From a bacterium (GTDB lineage Bacteria > Hydrothermota > UBA3073 > JACQXS01), in the NCBI GenBank assembly GCA_030592575.1, contig JAUVIV010000002.1:1-61034 (forward strand): a stretch of 61,034 nt of DNA, given 5' to 3'. Numbering within the stretch: the first letter of the stretch is position 1; each line of letters starts with the position of its first letter. The position numbers and the translations under genes are program-made. The notes under the pieces were generated by a model. That model was given only the letters and a program-made list of their open reading frames with translations, searched no databases and was not told the origin of the DNA. Positions 37,139 through 46,111 of the stretch are shown in pieces.

Positions 37139-38842
37139 TTATATTACCGTTGTTACTCTCACTACTTCCTCAAATGTAATTATTCCCTTTTTAAATTTTG
37201 AAATTGCTACATCTCTTAATGTAAGCATTCCTTCTTCTACCGCTACCTTTTTTATATTACTTGCAGGTATTCTCCCTAATGTCAATTCTTTTATTTTTGA
37301 AGTCATTTCCATTACCTCATACAATCCTCCCCTACCTTTATATCCATTATTACATTCACTACATCCGGTTCCATGATATGGAGTAATCTTACTTATTTCT
37401 TCAGCAGGTATGCCTATATCAATAAGTGCATCACGAGGAATAGTCGTAGGTTCCTTGCACTTAGTACATATCTTTCGCACTAACCTCTGTGCTACTACTA
37501 AAATCAATGATGAACTTATCAAGAACGGTTCTATCCCCATATCCAACAATCTTGAGATAGCACTTGCAGCATCATTTGTATGCAAAGTAGATAAAACCAA
37601 ATGTCCTGTTAACGCTGCTCTTATTGCTATCTCTGCGGTTTCACGATCTCGTACTTCTCCCACCATTATTATATCAGGATCTTGTCGCAAGAAACTACGC
37701 AATGCACTTGAAAATGTTAAACCTACCTTCGCTCTTGTTTGAACTTGATTTATTCCACTAAAATTATACTCAACAGGATCTTCTACTGTCATTATATTTG
37801 TGTCAGGTGTATTTATACGAGCTAATGCACTGTAAAGTGTTGTTGTTTTTCCACTTCCTGTAGGACCTGTTACAAGTATTAATCCATACGGTGATTGTAT
37901 TGCTCGAAGAAACTTATCCAATCCGTCTTTTTCAAACCCTATTTTCTCAAGATCAACGTTCAAAGAACTTTTATCAAGTACCCTCATTACTACTTTTTCA
38001 CCATAAAGTGTTGGTATCGTTGACACTCGAAGATCTATTTCCTTGCTTTGTAATCTCATCTTTATCCTGCCATCTTGTGGAATCCTGTGCTCTGCCAGGT
38101 CAAGAGTTGCCATCACTTTTATTCTTGATATAATTGAATTTTTTAATTTAAACGGAGGAGAAGGCTCTTCATAAAGAACACCATCTATTCTTGTTCTTAC
38201 TCTTAATATTCTTTCGTATGGCTCTATATGTATATCTGATACTCCTTTTCTTATTGCTCCTGCTATCAGTGAATCTACATACCTTACTACCGGGGTTTCT
38301 TTTGTTGCCGCTTCAAGTACCGTTAAATCCGTATTGTCTGTTTCTTCCTTTACCACTTCCAGTTCTTCGTCCTTCATGTATTTCATTATCTCATCAATAT
38401 TATCATCCACTTTATAATGCTTATTCATGAACTCTTTTATCTGTCTCTTGCTTACTATATAAGGGTCAATCTCATAACCGGTAACAAATTTTATATCATC
38501 TATTAAAGCAATATCTGTAGGATCTACCATTGCTACTCCGAGAATTTTCCCTTTCTTTTTTATTGGAATACACAGAGATTTCCGTGCAAAATCTTCGGGA
38601 ATTAACTTAACTATTGCATCTGAAACTTCAATATCAGAAATATCTATATTTGGAACACCAAGATATTCACTTAAAAATTCAATGAATTTATCTTCAGGTA
38701 TAAGACCTTGTTTTACAAGTGCATCTTCAATATCGTCATTAGAAACATTAATATGTTTATTTATCTTGCTTGCTTGTTCTGCGTTAATAAGGTTACTTGC
38801 TAAAACCCCTTCTATTATTTTTTCGTCCTTTTTACCTTTCAT
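37139..38842 (-). CDS. pilB: type IV pilus assembly ATPase PilB (GspE family)
   Basis: N-terminal GSPII-like domain; GPTGSGKTTTLYS; TGHLVLSTLHTND; tetracysteine CTKCK..CSECNNGYKGR. Confidence 0.9.
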   Translation of the reverse strand: MKGKKDEKIIEGVLASNLINAEQASKINKHINVSNDDIEDALVKQGLIPEDKFIEFLSEYLGVPNIDISDIEVSDAIVKLIPEDFARKSLCIPIKKKGKILGVAMVDPTDIALIDDIKFVTGYEIDPYIVSKRQIKEFMNKHYKVDDNIDEIMKYMKDEELEVVKEETDNTDLTVLEAATKETPVVRYVDSLIAGAIRKGVSDIHIEPYERILRVRTRIDGVLYEEPSPPFKLKNSIISRIKVMATLDLAEHRIPQDGRIKMRLQSKEIDLRVSTIPTLYGEKVVMRVLDKSSLNVDLEKIGFEKDGLDKFLRAIQSPYGLILVTGPTGSGKTTTLYSALARINTPDTNIMTVEDPVEYNFSGINQVQTRAKVGLTFSSALRSFLRQDPDIIMVGEVRDRETAEIAIRAALTGHLVLSTLHTNDAASAISRLLDMGIEPFLISSSLILVVAQRLVRKICTKCKEPTTIPRDALIDIGIPAEEISKITPYHGTGCSECNNGYKGRGGLYEVMEMTSKIKELTLGRIPASNIKKVAVEEGMLTLRDVAISKFKKGIITFEEVVRVTTVI

Positions 38843-39000
38843 TTTTTACATATTATCCCATAATTCTAATTTGTCAATTAAAAATAGGTAATAAATTGAA
38901 AATTACTGTTTTAAAGCTAAACTTTTTTATTACCTTAATTTTAGTTAAATTTAGGATTATACAATTATATAACTTATGAGAATTTATACCAATCTGTAGT

Positions 39001-40230
39001 CTATAATTTTGGACCTACTTTTGAGATTGAGTAAATATCAGAGATAAGATAATCATTGGCAATGGAACGTAAAACTTCTTCATCTACTTTTTCTATATTT
39101 GCTATCGTCTCGTCTAAGGAAATATTTTTATTCAAGTGCATCTCATTGCTTAAAAGACGTACCATTCGAGACGACATAGATTCAAGACTTAACATTAAAT
39201 TTCCTTTCAAATGCTCTTTAGTTCGTTTGAGTTCTCCGGGCTCTAATCCATTTTTGTTTAATTTTCTAAACTCATCCCAAATATATTCCATTGCTTTTTG
39301 CACATTTTTTGGGTCAGTAAGAAAATATACGTCAAAAGTTCCTGTATCAGAAAGTAACTCCATAAAGCTTGAAATCTCATAGACAAGAGCTTCTTCCTCG
39401 CGAAGTCTTTGAAAAAGCCTTGAACTCATTCCGCCTCCCAAAAAAGTATTTAAAATAAGCCACGGATATCTGAGTTCATTATCATATTCAATGATTCTCG
39501 TCCCAAGAGCTACATGAACCTGAGAAATATCGTTTTTCTTTGCTTTTTTGAACTTTGGCGTAAGTTTTTGAAAATTATCTTTTTTTCTTAGGGTTGATTC
39601 TTTTGCAAATTCAAAAGATGCTTCTACAAGCTCAACAAGTTTATTATGCTCAATATTACCTGATGCTCCTACAATTATATTAGAACCTCTGTAATGTTTT
39701 TCATGAAAATTTAAAATATCCTCACGGGTAAACCTTTTAACATTTTCTTCAGACCCCATAATTTCCCAAGAAAGTGGATGAGGTTCAAATAAACAACCGG
39801 ATAAAAGATGTAGAACTTGGTCAGAAGGAGAATCTTTAAAACTTTTCATTTCTTCTAAAATCACATTTCTTTCAAGTTCAATTTGGGCAGGGTCAAATTT
39901 AGAATTCTTTAAAATATCGGATATTAAATTCCATACTTTATCAAGATGCTCGTCGAGAAACCTTGCATAGTAATAAGTAAATTCTCTTGTTGTAAACCCG
40001 TTAAGCTCGCCTCCTATCTCATCCATTTCTATTGCAATATCTCTCGCTGACCTCTTTTCGGTGCCTTTAAAAAAAAGATGTTCAATGAAATGAGAAAGCC
40101 CGTTTTCTTCTTCGGTTTCATCTCTTGACCCACGAGTGATACAAACCCCAAGTGCCACAGAATGCACTTGAGAAACGTTCTCTGTAATTACTCTTATTCC
40201 GTTAGGAAGAACACTCTTACGATAAGCCAT
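39001..40230 (-). CDS. M16-family (pitrilysin/insulinase-like) zinc peptidase
   Basis: Inverted zinc motif HFIEHLFFKG (HxxEH) plus downstream E; ~409 aa. Confidence 0.85.
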   Translation of the reverse strand: MAYRKSVLPNGIRVITENVSQVHSVALGVCITRGSRDETEEENGLSHFIEHLFFKGTEKRSARDIAIEMDEIGGELNGFTTREFTYYYARFLDEHLDKVWNLISDILKNSKFDPAQIELERNVILEEMKSFKDSPSDQVLHLLSGCLFEPHPLSWEIMGSEENVKRFTREDILNFHEKHYRGSNIIVGASGNIEHNKLVELVEASFEFAKESTLRKKDNFQKLTPKFKKAKKNDISQVHVALGTRIIEYDNELRYPWLILNTFLGGGMSSRLFQRLREEEALVYEISSFMELLSDTGTFDVYFLTDPKNVQKAMEYIWDEFRKLNKNGLEPGELKRTKEHLKGNLMLSLESMSSRMVRLLSNEMHLNKNISLDETIANIEKVDEEVLRSIANDYLISDIYSISKVGPKL

Positions 40231-40294
40231 TTTTAAAATTTAAAAACAAAACTAATTAACCATTCACAAATTATCCAGACAGTTTGCCTGATTT

Positions 40295-40933
40295 TTATTT
40301 ACGTTGCCGTCGCCATGTTACTCTAAAATCTTTCGTTATTTTATACACCAAAGCATCAACAAGTTTACCGTATGCTGTTTCCGGAGCATCAGCATCAAAA
40401 ACAAAGTTCTTACCACCAAAGATACTAACAGAACCAACTTCTTTTGTTGTATTTGCCGAGCCGTTCCAGATAGATGCACCCGTCGCAGTCTCTACCATTT
40501 GCGAGTTAAGTTTGGCATCTACCTCAGCCTCAAACCTCATGTGTTTCAACCCCGACATAATGTTAATGTTTGGTCTAACATCCGAGACTACAAATTCACC
40601 AGAAATAATAGAACTAATCTCATACTTTTCACCAAGAGATTTGAATGCAAGATGATCTAACTGTTTATGCCCAATCGCCTTTAAACATTCACTCTCAGTT
40701 CCCAGATTGATTATTCGTACTATTTGCTGGTCTTTTCTTATTACTTCCATGAATTTTCCTGTTGCATACTCTCCGAGTTTACCCTCATTTGAAGATTTAA
40801 ATTCAATGATGCCAATGATTTCATATTTTGTAAGATCAACTTTTGGGGGAACCATTATTTTAGGTTTAGATGCACAACCTACCACCATAAGCATTAATAC
40901 TGCAATTACGCACAAGTTTAATATATGTTTCAT
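40295..40933 (-). CDS. hypothetical lipoprotein
   Basis: ATG at 40933 gives MKHILNLCVIAVLMLMVVGCAS (lipobox); no catalytic motif recognised. Confidence 0.5.
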   Translation of the reverse strand: MKHILNLCVIAVLMLMVVGCASKPKIMVPPKVDLTKYEIIGIIEFKSSNEGKLGEYATGKFMEVIRKDQQIVRIINLGTESECLKAIGHKQLDHLAFKSLGEKYEISSIISGEFVVSDVRPNINIMSGLKHMRFEAEVDAKLNSQMVETATGASIWNGSANTTKEVGSVSIFGGKNFVFDADAPETAYGKLVDALVYKITKDFRVTWRRQRK

Positions 40934-40985
40934 AAATATCTCTATTTTACTGTATCTTACCATTTATCATTTGCAAGAAAATATT

Positions 40986-41876
40986 TCATTTAATAGATTT
41001 TACACAACGAAATCCTAAGCCATTACCAAAATAAGCAGGTATAAAACCATTACGATTGTTAAGTCTCACAAAAACAGGATTTGGAGATTGCCAACTACCT
41101 CCTCGAACAGCTTTTCCATATATCGGCTTTTCGTTTTTTTTAAACGGACCATATTTAGTGTAAATCCAATCATCTTGTGGACCATTAGGATAAGGATTAC
41201 GAACGTTATCACACCATTCACTTACATTCCCACACATATCATATAATTCAAATCTATTGGGCTGATAACTTCCTATCGGTTTAGTATTTATCTTTCTCCA
41301 TCCCAACAATCTGACAATACCTGCAAAAAATGATTCTCCTTTATATCTGTAATTAGCACGTATGGAATCCGGTGAATTGCCCCATGGAAACCATTTCACA
41401 TCCCTGCCACCTTTTGCTGCATATTCCCATTCAGATTCAGTGGGAAGATTTTTACCAACCCATTTAGCATAAGCTTTAGCATCGTTCCAGGTAACATTTA
41501 CCACCGGATGCTCTACTCTATCTTTTTTTGCACATTTCCGCCAATCTCCTTGTGCATCGTATCCCGTCTCCTGAACAAAATATTCAAATTGTCTATTTGT
41601 TACTTCGTAAGTATCCATATAAAATGAATCAACCTCTACGAGATGTTTCGGTATTTCATCACCAAACCACCAATATGCGTGTTTTTCACTCATATGAGGT
41701 ACCTTCCGTCCCATTTCTACAAGATATTCAAGTTCATTCTTATCTATACCCATCTCGAATATTCCTCCGGGAATAAGTGTCATTCCTTCAGGAATTTTTG
41801 AAAACAAACTATCTGTCTTATTTGTTTGTGCAAAAGAAAGAGGAGTAGCAAAAAAAATAAGCAGGAGTATCATCAA
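40986..41876 (-). CDS. secreted formylglycine-generating-enzyme (FGE/SUMF1) family protein
   Basis: Signal peptide; ..HPVVNVTWNDAKAYAKW..; ..GNVSEWC..; ..RGGSW..GFRCV. Confidence 0.8.
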   Translation of the reverse strand: MMILLLIFFATPLSFAQTNKTDSLFSKIPEGMTLIPGGIFEMGIDKNELEYLVEMGRKVPHMSEKHAYWWFGDEIPKHLVEVDSFYMDTYEVTNRQFEYFVQETGYDAQGDWRKCAKKDRVEHPVVNVTWNDAKAYAKWVGKNLPTESEWEYAAKGGRDVKWFPWGNSPDSIRANYRYKGESFFAGIVRLLGWRKINTKPIGSYQPNRFELYDMCGNVSEWCDNVRNPYPNGPQDDWIYTKYGPFKKNEKPIYGKAVRGGSWQSPNPVFVRLNNRNGFIPAYFGNGLGFRCVKSIK

Positions 41877-41961
41877 ATATTTTATTGTTATTTTATTTCT
41901 ACTTTTTTTGAAAAATTACCTACATTTGAAGTTAGGATACATTTTGTTTTTTAAAAATTTC

Positions 41962-43362
41962 TTATTTCTTTTCAATCTCTTCTTCTACTTTTCTTTTTGC
42001 TTCTTCCAAAAGTTCTTTACTTTCTTTTCTTAGTTTATGGCTTTCTTGTATCTTATCTGCAATTTGCTTTTGGATTTGTGGTTTGATTAGTGGGATTCTA
42101 ATTTTCTCAAAATCAGAAGGTTTTAAATGAGCAATTATAGCACCTCCTGAAAGTTGCTCTACTTGTAGTTTTGATAGAATGGAATTAAAAATCAAAGCTA
42201 AACATTCTTTTTCAAAATTTTGATATTTTTCTTTAAGAGTAAGCCTTAGAAATGCACTACTTAAAACACCTTTAACATCCTTTTGTAAAACATAACTAAT
42301 TCCAATTGTTCCATCTTTTGTAAATAAGATTTCTCCTTTATGGGGTTGGAAATCACTTTTTATTTCATTAAAATGTTCTTCTGCTATTTTCCTTGAAGTT
42401 TCTTCAATGCCAAAAATTGAAAAATCTGAAACTCTTACAAATTCTTTTCCGTCTTCCGTATAAGCATTTGTTCCAACTTCAATTCCTTTTTTCCAGTTTA
42501 TAATATTTCCAACAACATCAAATCCACCATTATAATTTTCAATCTTTTTAATAATTTCTTTATATTTTGGTTGAAAATATTCAGCATCAAATCTTTTGGC
42601 TCGTTCTACTTCTTTTTTTGTTGTTTCAAATGTGTTGGTTATTTTAAATGTGTTCGTAGGGACAGGTCGCGACCTGTCCCTACAATAATCATCCCCAAAA
42701 ATTTCTTTATTTAACAATTCTTCGGCTTCCTTGTAGAGTTGTTTTGATTGTGTTTGCTTTTGGTGTGCCTTTTTAAATTTTTTTTCAATATCTTTAATAA
42801 TATTGTCAGAAAAATTTGGAAATGGAATATTTAGAAGATAAAACGGTGCTATTTCAGGTTGCAAACCACCATACATTCCTTTATTAATCATTTCTCTACC
42901 ATATTTTGTATTCAGAAAAATAGTTAATAAATATGGATTAATGCTTCCACTTTTTAGGATAAAAGTATGTGATGAAGCAATAACTTGTCTTTCTTCATTA
43001 AACAAACAACACTGACCAAAATTAGCACCAGTTCTTGTAATAAGTATATCTTCTCTTGAAATAAGATTAGATTTCAATTTTTTAGCATGCTCTTGAGATA
43101 TAAAAACTTTATTTGACAAATCTAAAAAAAGAGGTCTTACGTTTTGTGCTCTCAAAAACAAAACATCGTTTTTCACATATTCTCTTTTTATTTCTTTAGG
43201 GTGATATATTTTTACTTCAAAATCTTTTAGTTTTTTGTTGCTTCCTTTTTCTAAAAGAAATTTAATATCTAAATAATCTTTTCTAAAAAACTCAGAATCA
43301 AATCTATGATTATGGCTTTCCGTAATTATGTCACTATATTTTATTATACTTATCTGTGCCAT
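41962..43362 (-). CDS. hsdS: restriction-modification specificity subunit (HsdS-like, two target-recognition domains)
   Basis: Two TRD-like halves, each followed by a helical conserved region (..KQLYKEAEELLNKEIFG.. and ..KLRKESKELLEEAKRKVEEEIEKK); ATG at 43362 lies 2 nt after the upstream stop. Confidence 0.8.
   Translation of the reverse strand: MAQISIIKYSDIITESHNHRFDSEFFRKDYLDIKFLLEKGSNKKLKDFEVKIYHPKEIKREYVKNDVLFLRAQNVRPLFLDLSNKVFISQEHAKKLKSNLISREDILITRTGANFGQCCLFNEERQVIASSHTFILKSGSINPYLLTIFLNTKYGREMINKGMYGGLQPEIAPFYLLNIPFPNFSDNIIKDIEKKFKKAHQKQTQSKQLYKEAEELLNKEIFGDDYCRDRSRPVPTNTFKITNTFETTKKEVERAKRFDAEYFQPKYKEIIKKIENYNGGFDVVGNIINWKKGIEVGTNAYTEDGKEFVRVSDFSIFGIEETSRKIAEEHFNEIKSDFQPHKGEILFTKDGTIGISYVLQKDVKGVLSSAFLRLTLKEKYQNFEKECLALIFNSILSKLQVEQLSGGAIIAHLKPSDFEKIRIPLIKPQIQKQIADKIQESHKLRKESKELLEEAKRKVEEEIEKK
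42656..42683. repeat. perfect 28-bp palindrome GTAGGGACAGGTCGCGACCTGTCCCTAC inside hsdS
   Basis: Exact self-complementarity; identical copy at 43582..43609; translated as CRDRSRPVPT just after the central conserved helix. Confidence 0.95.
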
Positions 43363-43364
43363 AT

Positions 43365-43892
43365 TTATTCCATATTTTGTAAATTGTTTTCGTCTAAATC
43401 CCATTTTAATGGATTGTCTATAATGTATTTACGGATATTATTTAATGATTTATCATTACGGATAATGTGGTCATAAAATGATCTTTGCCATTTGAATTGT
43501 ACCAATCCATTTTGATGTATTGACTTTGATGATGTGGTTTTGAATACACCAATCAATTCCGATAATGATTTTATTTTTACCGTAGGGACAGGTCGCGACC
43601 TGTCCCTACATTTATTATCAAAGTTATTATCAATTACCAATATTCCATGAAAATGATTTGGCATAACTATAAATTCGTCCAAACAAACATAACCATATTG
43701 ATTTTCCAACCATAACCATTGTCTTTTTACAATTTCTCCGTATTCATTTAAAATCATTTTTTCGTTTTCCATTCTCCCAAAATATGCTTCTTTCTCTTTC
43801 GTACAAATGCTTACAAAATAATATCCTTCTTGTGAATAATCATAATCTTTTAACCTGTTTAATTTACGATTTTTTAATTTAGGTTGCAACAT
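43365..43892 (-). CDS. HUH/Y1 single-strand DNA transposase-like protein (RAYT / IS200-like superfamily)
   Basis: ..YDYSQEGYYFVSICTK..; HUH motif MPNHFHGILVI; C-terminal catalytic-Tyr context RKYIIDNPLKW; 1-2 nt spacers to hsdM and hsdS. Confidence 0.7.
   Translation of the reverse strand: MLQPKLKNRKLNRLKDYDYSQEGYYFVSICTKEKEAYFGRMENEKMILNEYGEIVKRQWLWLENQYGYVCLDEFIVMPNHFHGILVIDNNFDNKCRDRSRPVPTVKIKSLSELIGVFKTTSSKSIHQNGLVQFKWQRSFYDHIIRNDKSLNNIRKYIIDNPLKWDLDENNLQNME
43582..43609. repeat. perfect 28-bp palindrome GTAGGGACAGGTCGCGACCTGTCCCTAC inside the Y1 gene
   Basis: Identical to 42656..42683; read in the same codon phase (CRDRSRPVPT) between the HUH motif and the catalytic Tyr. Confidence 0.95.
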
Positions 43893-43893
43893 A

Positions 43894-45939
43894 CTAATTA
43901 CTCCAAAAACTCAGTTTTTGTTTTACAGCCCATTTTTCAAAGGCATACGCAATTTCTGCTAAATCATGTTTTTGAATAAGATGATTATGCTCATCTAGTT
44001 TTCTTTCTCCGGTCTTTTCGTCAATCTCATAAATCTCTTGTCCGGAATTATCTTTCCCTGAATTTTCTGAAACTGCCATAAAAATAGGATAATCTTCAAC
44101 TTTCGGGTTTATTTCATCATCCCATTTTTGAACAAACAGAACAGATGTTTTTGTTCCCGTATGTGGTTTAAAAGTATTTCCATCAAGACCAATAACTGCA
44201 AGCAGTCTTGCTCTTTCCATAATAAAATCTCTGATTCTCTCATCAGAAGTATTATTAAATCTTCCTTGAGGTAACACAATTGCCATTCTTCCACCATCTT
44301 TTAGAAAATCTAAATTTCTTTCAATAAACAAAACATCTCTTGAAATTTTATTTATTTTCTTCCCTTTGTTAAAAGCGACATCATAGTTTGAAATAAGACG
44401 ACTATCTTTTATATCTCCTGCAAAAGGAGGATTTGCCATTACCATATCAAATTTAAATTCTTTCGGATTTTTTGGGTCTTTTGCTAAATCAAGAAGTCTT
44501 TGATAGCCATCATTATATGTTCTCATCCATTCTCTATCTTTTTGTTTTTCCGCCCATCTTGTATAGTCTAAACTATTAAGATGTAAAACATTCGTCCTCC
44601 CATCTCCTGAAATCATATTCAGTGTTCTGGCAACTCTTACAGATTTTTCATCAAAATCAATCCCAAAAACTTTATTTACATAGTCTTTTTGTTCAGAGGA
44701 AAGTTTCTGATTAGAAAAATTAGCAAATTGAGCTTTACCCTGATTTACAAGTTTTTTCCAAACATTAAAAAGAGTATGAACCGTAAAACCACAACTACCG
44801 CAAGCAGTATCAATCATATATTCATTTGGTTGCGGATTTATCATATAAACAGCCATATCAATTACATTTCTCGGAGTAAAATATTGCCCTTTTGCTCCTT
44901 TGGCTGATTTGTTTACAAGATATTCAAAAGCCTCATCAATTACCTGAAGATTAGAATTAAAAAGTTTTACATTTTGCAAAAAACCAACACAAATTTGCAA
45001 ATGATTTTCATCTGTAATCTTAAGAGGTTCTCCTTTTTCAAAAATACCAGGCCACTTATCTTTGGCTTTATTAAATAATTTATTAATTACTTCTTTGGTA
45101 TGATGTGCATCTCCACGACTTCTAAATTCTAATTTTCTAAAACCATCATTGCCAATATTAAGCAACAACAATTCTTTTTCTGTCAATCTGGGATTATCTT
45201 TCTTTGCTTCTTTTAAAAGAACTTCTATTGTAACTCTGTCCTCTGCGCTTTCCATTTCATCAAAAAGTTTTGTAAAAATGAGCTTGAAAACTTCTTCAAA
45301 AACATCAACACCGGCATTAGACAATACTTCGTCTTCCATTTCTTCAATCAAAGATTTTAGAGACTTTCTTTCTTCCGAAAGTCTATCTTTTTGCATTAAC
45401 TCAAAATATGTAAATATCTCATTTTTTACATCATCAATTGTTTCTGTTGCTTTTGGTATATCTGAAAGTGGCTCAAAGTAATTTGGGTCAAGTCTTTCAT
45501 AACAATCAATATCAACACCATTTGTCCAAACTGCAAGCGGGGCACCTGTTGCATTTGTATAACTTTTTAATTGATCTTTACCATCTTTTGCTTTATGTTT
45601 CTTCATTTCAAGAACACAGTAAACACTTGTTTTATCTATTTTATTAAGAATGACAATATCAGCAAGTTTCTTTTCTCTTCCAAAATTAACGGTAAATTCT
45701 ACTTGTATCAAATCTAAAGAATAATCATATTCATTGATGAGTTTATCAATCATCAATTGTCTTACAATCTCTTCCGGTTTAACTTGAATATCCTTTTTTC
45801 TTTTCAAGCATTTAAGAAAATACTTGCCATTTTTCTCAAAGATATTTTTTTCAATTCTATCAATACTTTCAGATGAAAAAATTATCAGGTCGTATTTGCC
45901 AGTAGATTTTATTAATTGTAATATTTGTATATTATTCAT
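43894..45939 (-). CDS. hsdM: N6-adenine DNA methyltransferase (HsdM-like) fused to an N-terminal PD-(D/E)xK-like (HsdR_N-type) domain
   Basis: Gamma-class motifs ..DTACGSCGF.. (motif I) and ..MANPPFAG.. (motif IV); N-terminus ..LADIVILNK..VYCVLEMKKHK..QLKSY..AVWTNG.. resembles a PD-(D/E)xK core. Confidence 0.8.
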   Translation of the reverse strand: MNNIQILQLIKSTGKYDLIIFSSESIDRIEKNIFEKNGKYFLKCLKRKKDIQVKPEEIVRQLMIDKLINEYDYSLDLIQVEFTVNFGREKKLADIVILNKIDKTSVYCVLEMKKHKAKDGKDQLKSYTNATGAPLAVWTNGVDIDCYERLDPNYFEPLSDIPKATETIDDVKNEIFTYFELMQKDRLSEERKSLKSLIEEMEDEVLSNAGVDVFEEVFKLIFTKLFDEMESAEDRVTIEVLLKEAKKDNPRLTEKELLLLNIGNDGFRKLEFRSRGDAHHTKEVINKLFNKAKDKWPGIFEKGEPLKITDENHLQICVGFLQNVKLFNSNLQVIDEAFEYLVNKSAKGAKGQYFTPRNVIDMAVYMINPQPNEYMIDTACGSCGFTVHTLFNVWKKLVNQGKAQFANFSNQKLSSEQKDYVNKVFGIDFDEKSVRVARTLNMISGDGRTNVLHLNSLDYTRWAEKQKDREWMRTYNDGYQRLLDLAKDPKNPKEFKFDMVMANPPFAGDIKDSRLISNYDVAFNKGKKINKISRDVLFIERNLDFLKDGGRMAIVLPQGRFNNTSDERIRDFIMERARLLAVIGLDGNTFKPHTGTKTSVLFVQKWDDEINPKVEDYPIFMAVSENSGKDNSGQEIYEIDEKTGERKLDEHNHLIQKHDLAEIAYAFEKWAVKQKLSFWSN

Positions 45940-46111
45940 ATTAACCCCTATTTATATAGTTAAAGCTATTCTCATTTTATGGAGTTTATCAAATTTTATA
46001 CTCTTAGAAAAATATTTTTTGAATTGAGGATAAAACAGGTATATATCTTTATAATTGGAGAATGATAAAATTGTTAATTTTTGCAATGTACCTTCTGCAA
46101 ATTTGAATTTC

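Noticed and set aside
35233-38430. Multiple 70-130-aa ORFs on either strand within pilC, pilT and pilB
   Set aside because: All are embedded in genes with strong Walker/T2SSF motifs and have leucine- or proline-rich shadow-frame composition.
40986-41876. FGE/C-type-lectin-fold protein as a diversity-generating retroelement target
   Set aside because: No reverse transcriptase gene is present, and I could not find a template-repeat copy of the 3' region anywhere in the window. The C-terminal sequence looks like an ordinary FGE-family terminus.
42656-43609. Phase-variable hsdS shufflon by inversion between the two palindromes
   Set aside because: Inversion would place antisense Y1 sequence upstream of TRD2 and give no alternative TRD. 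No spare hsdS' cassette is present. Only the deletion/fusion scenario remains formally in frame, and it is speculative.
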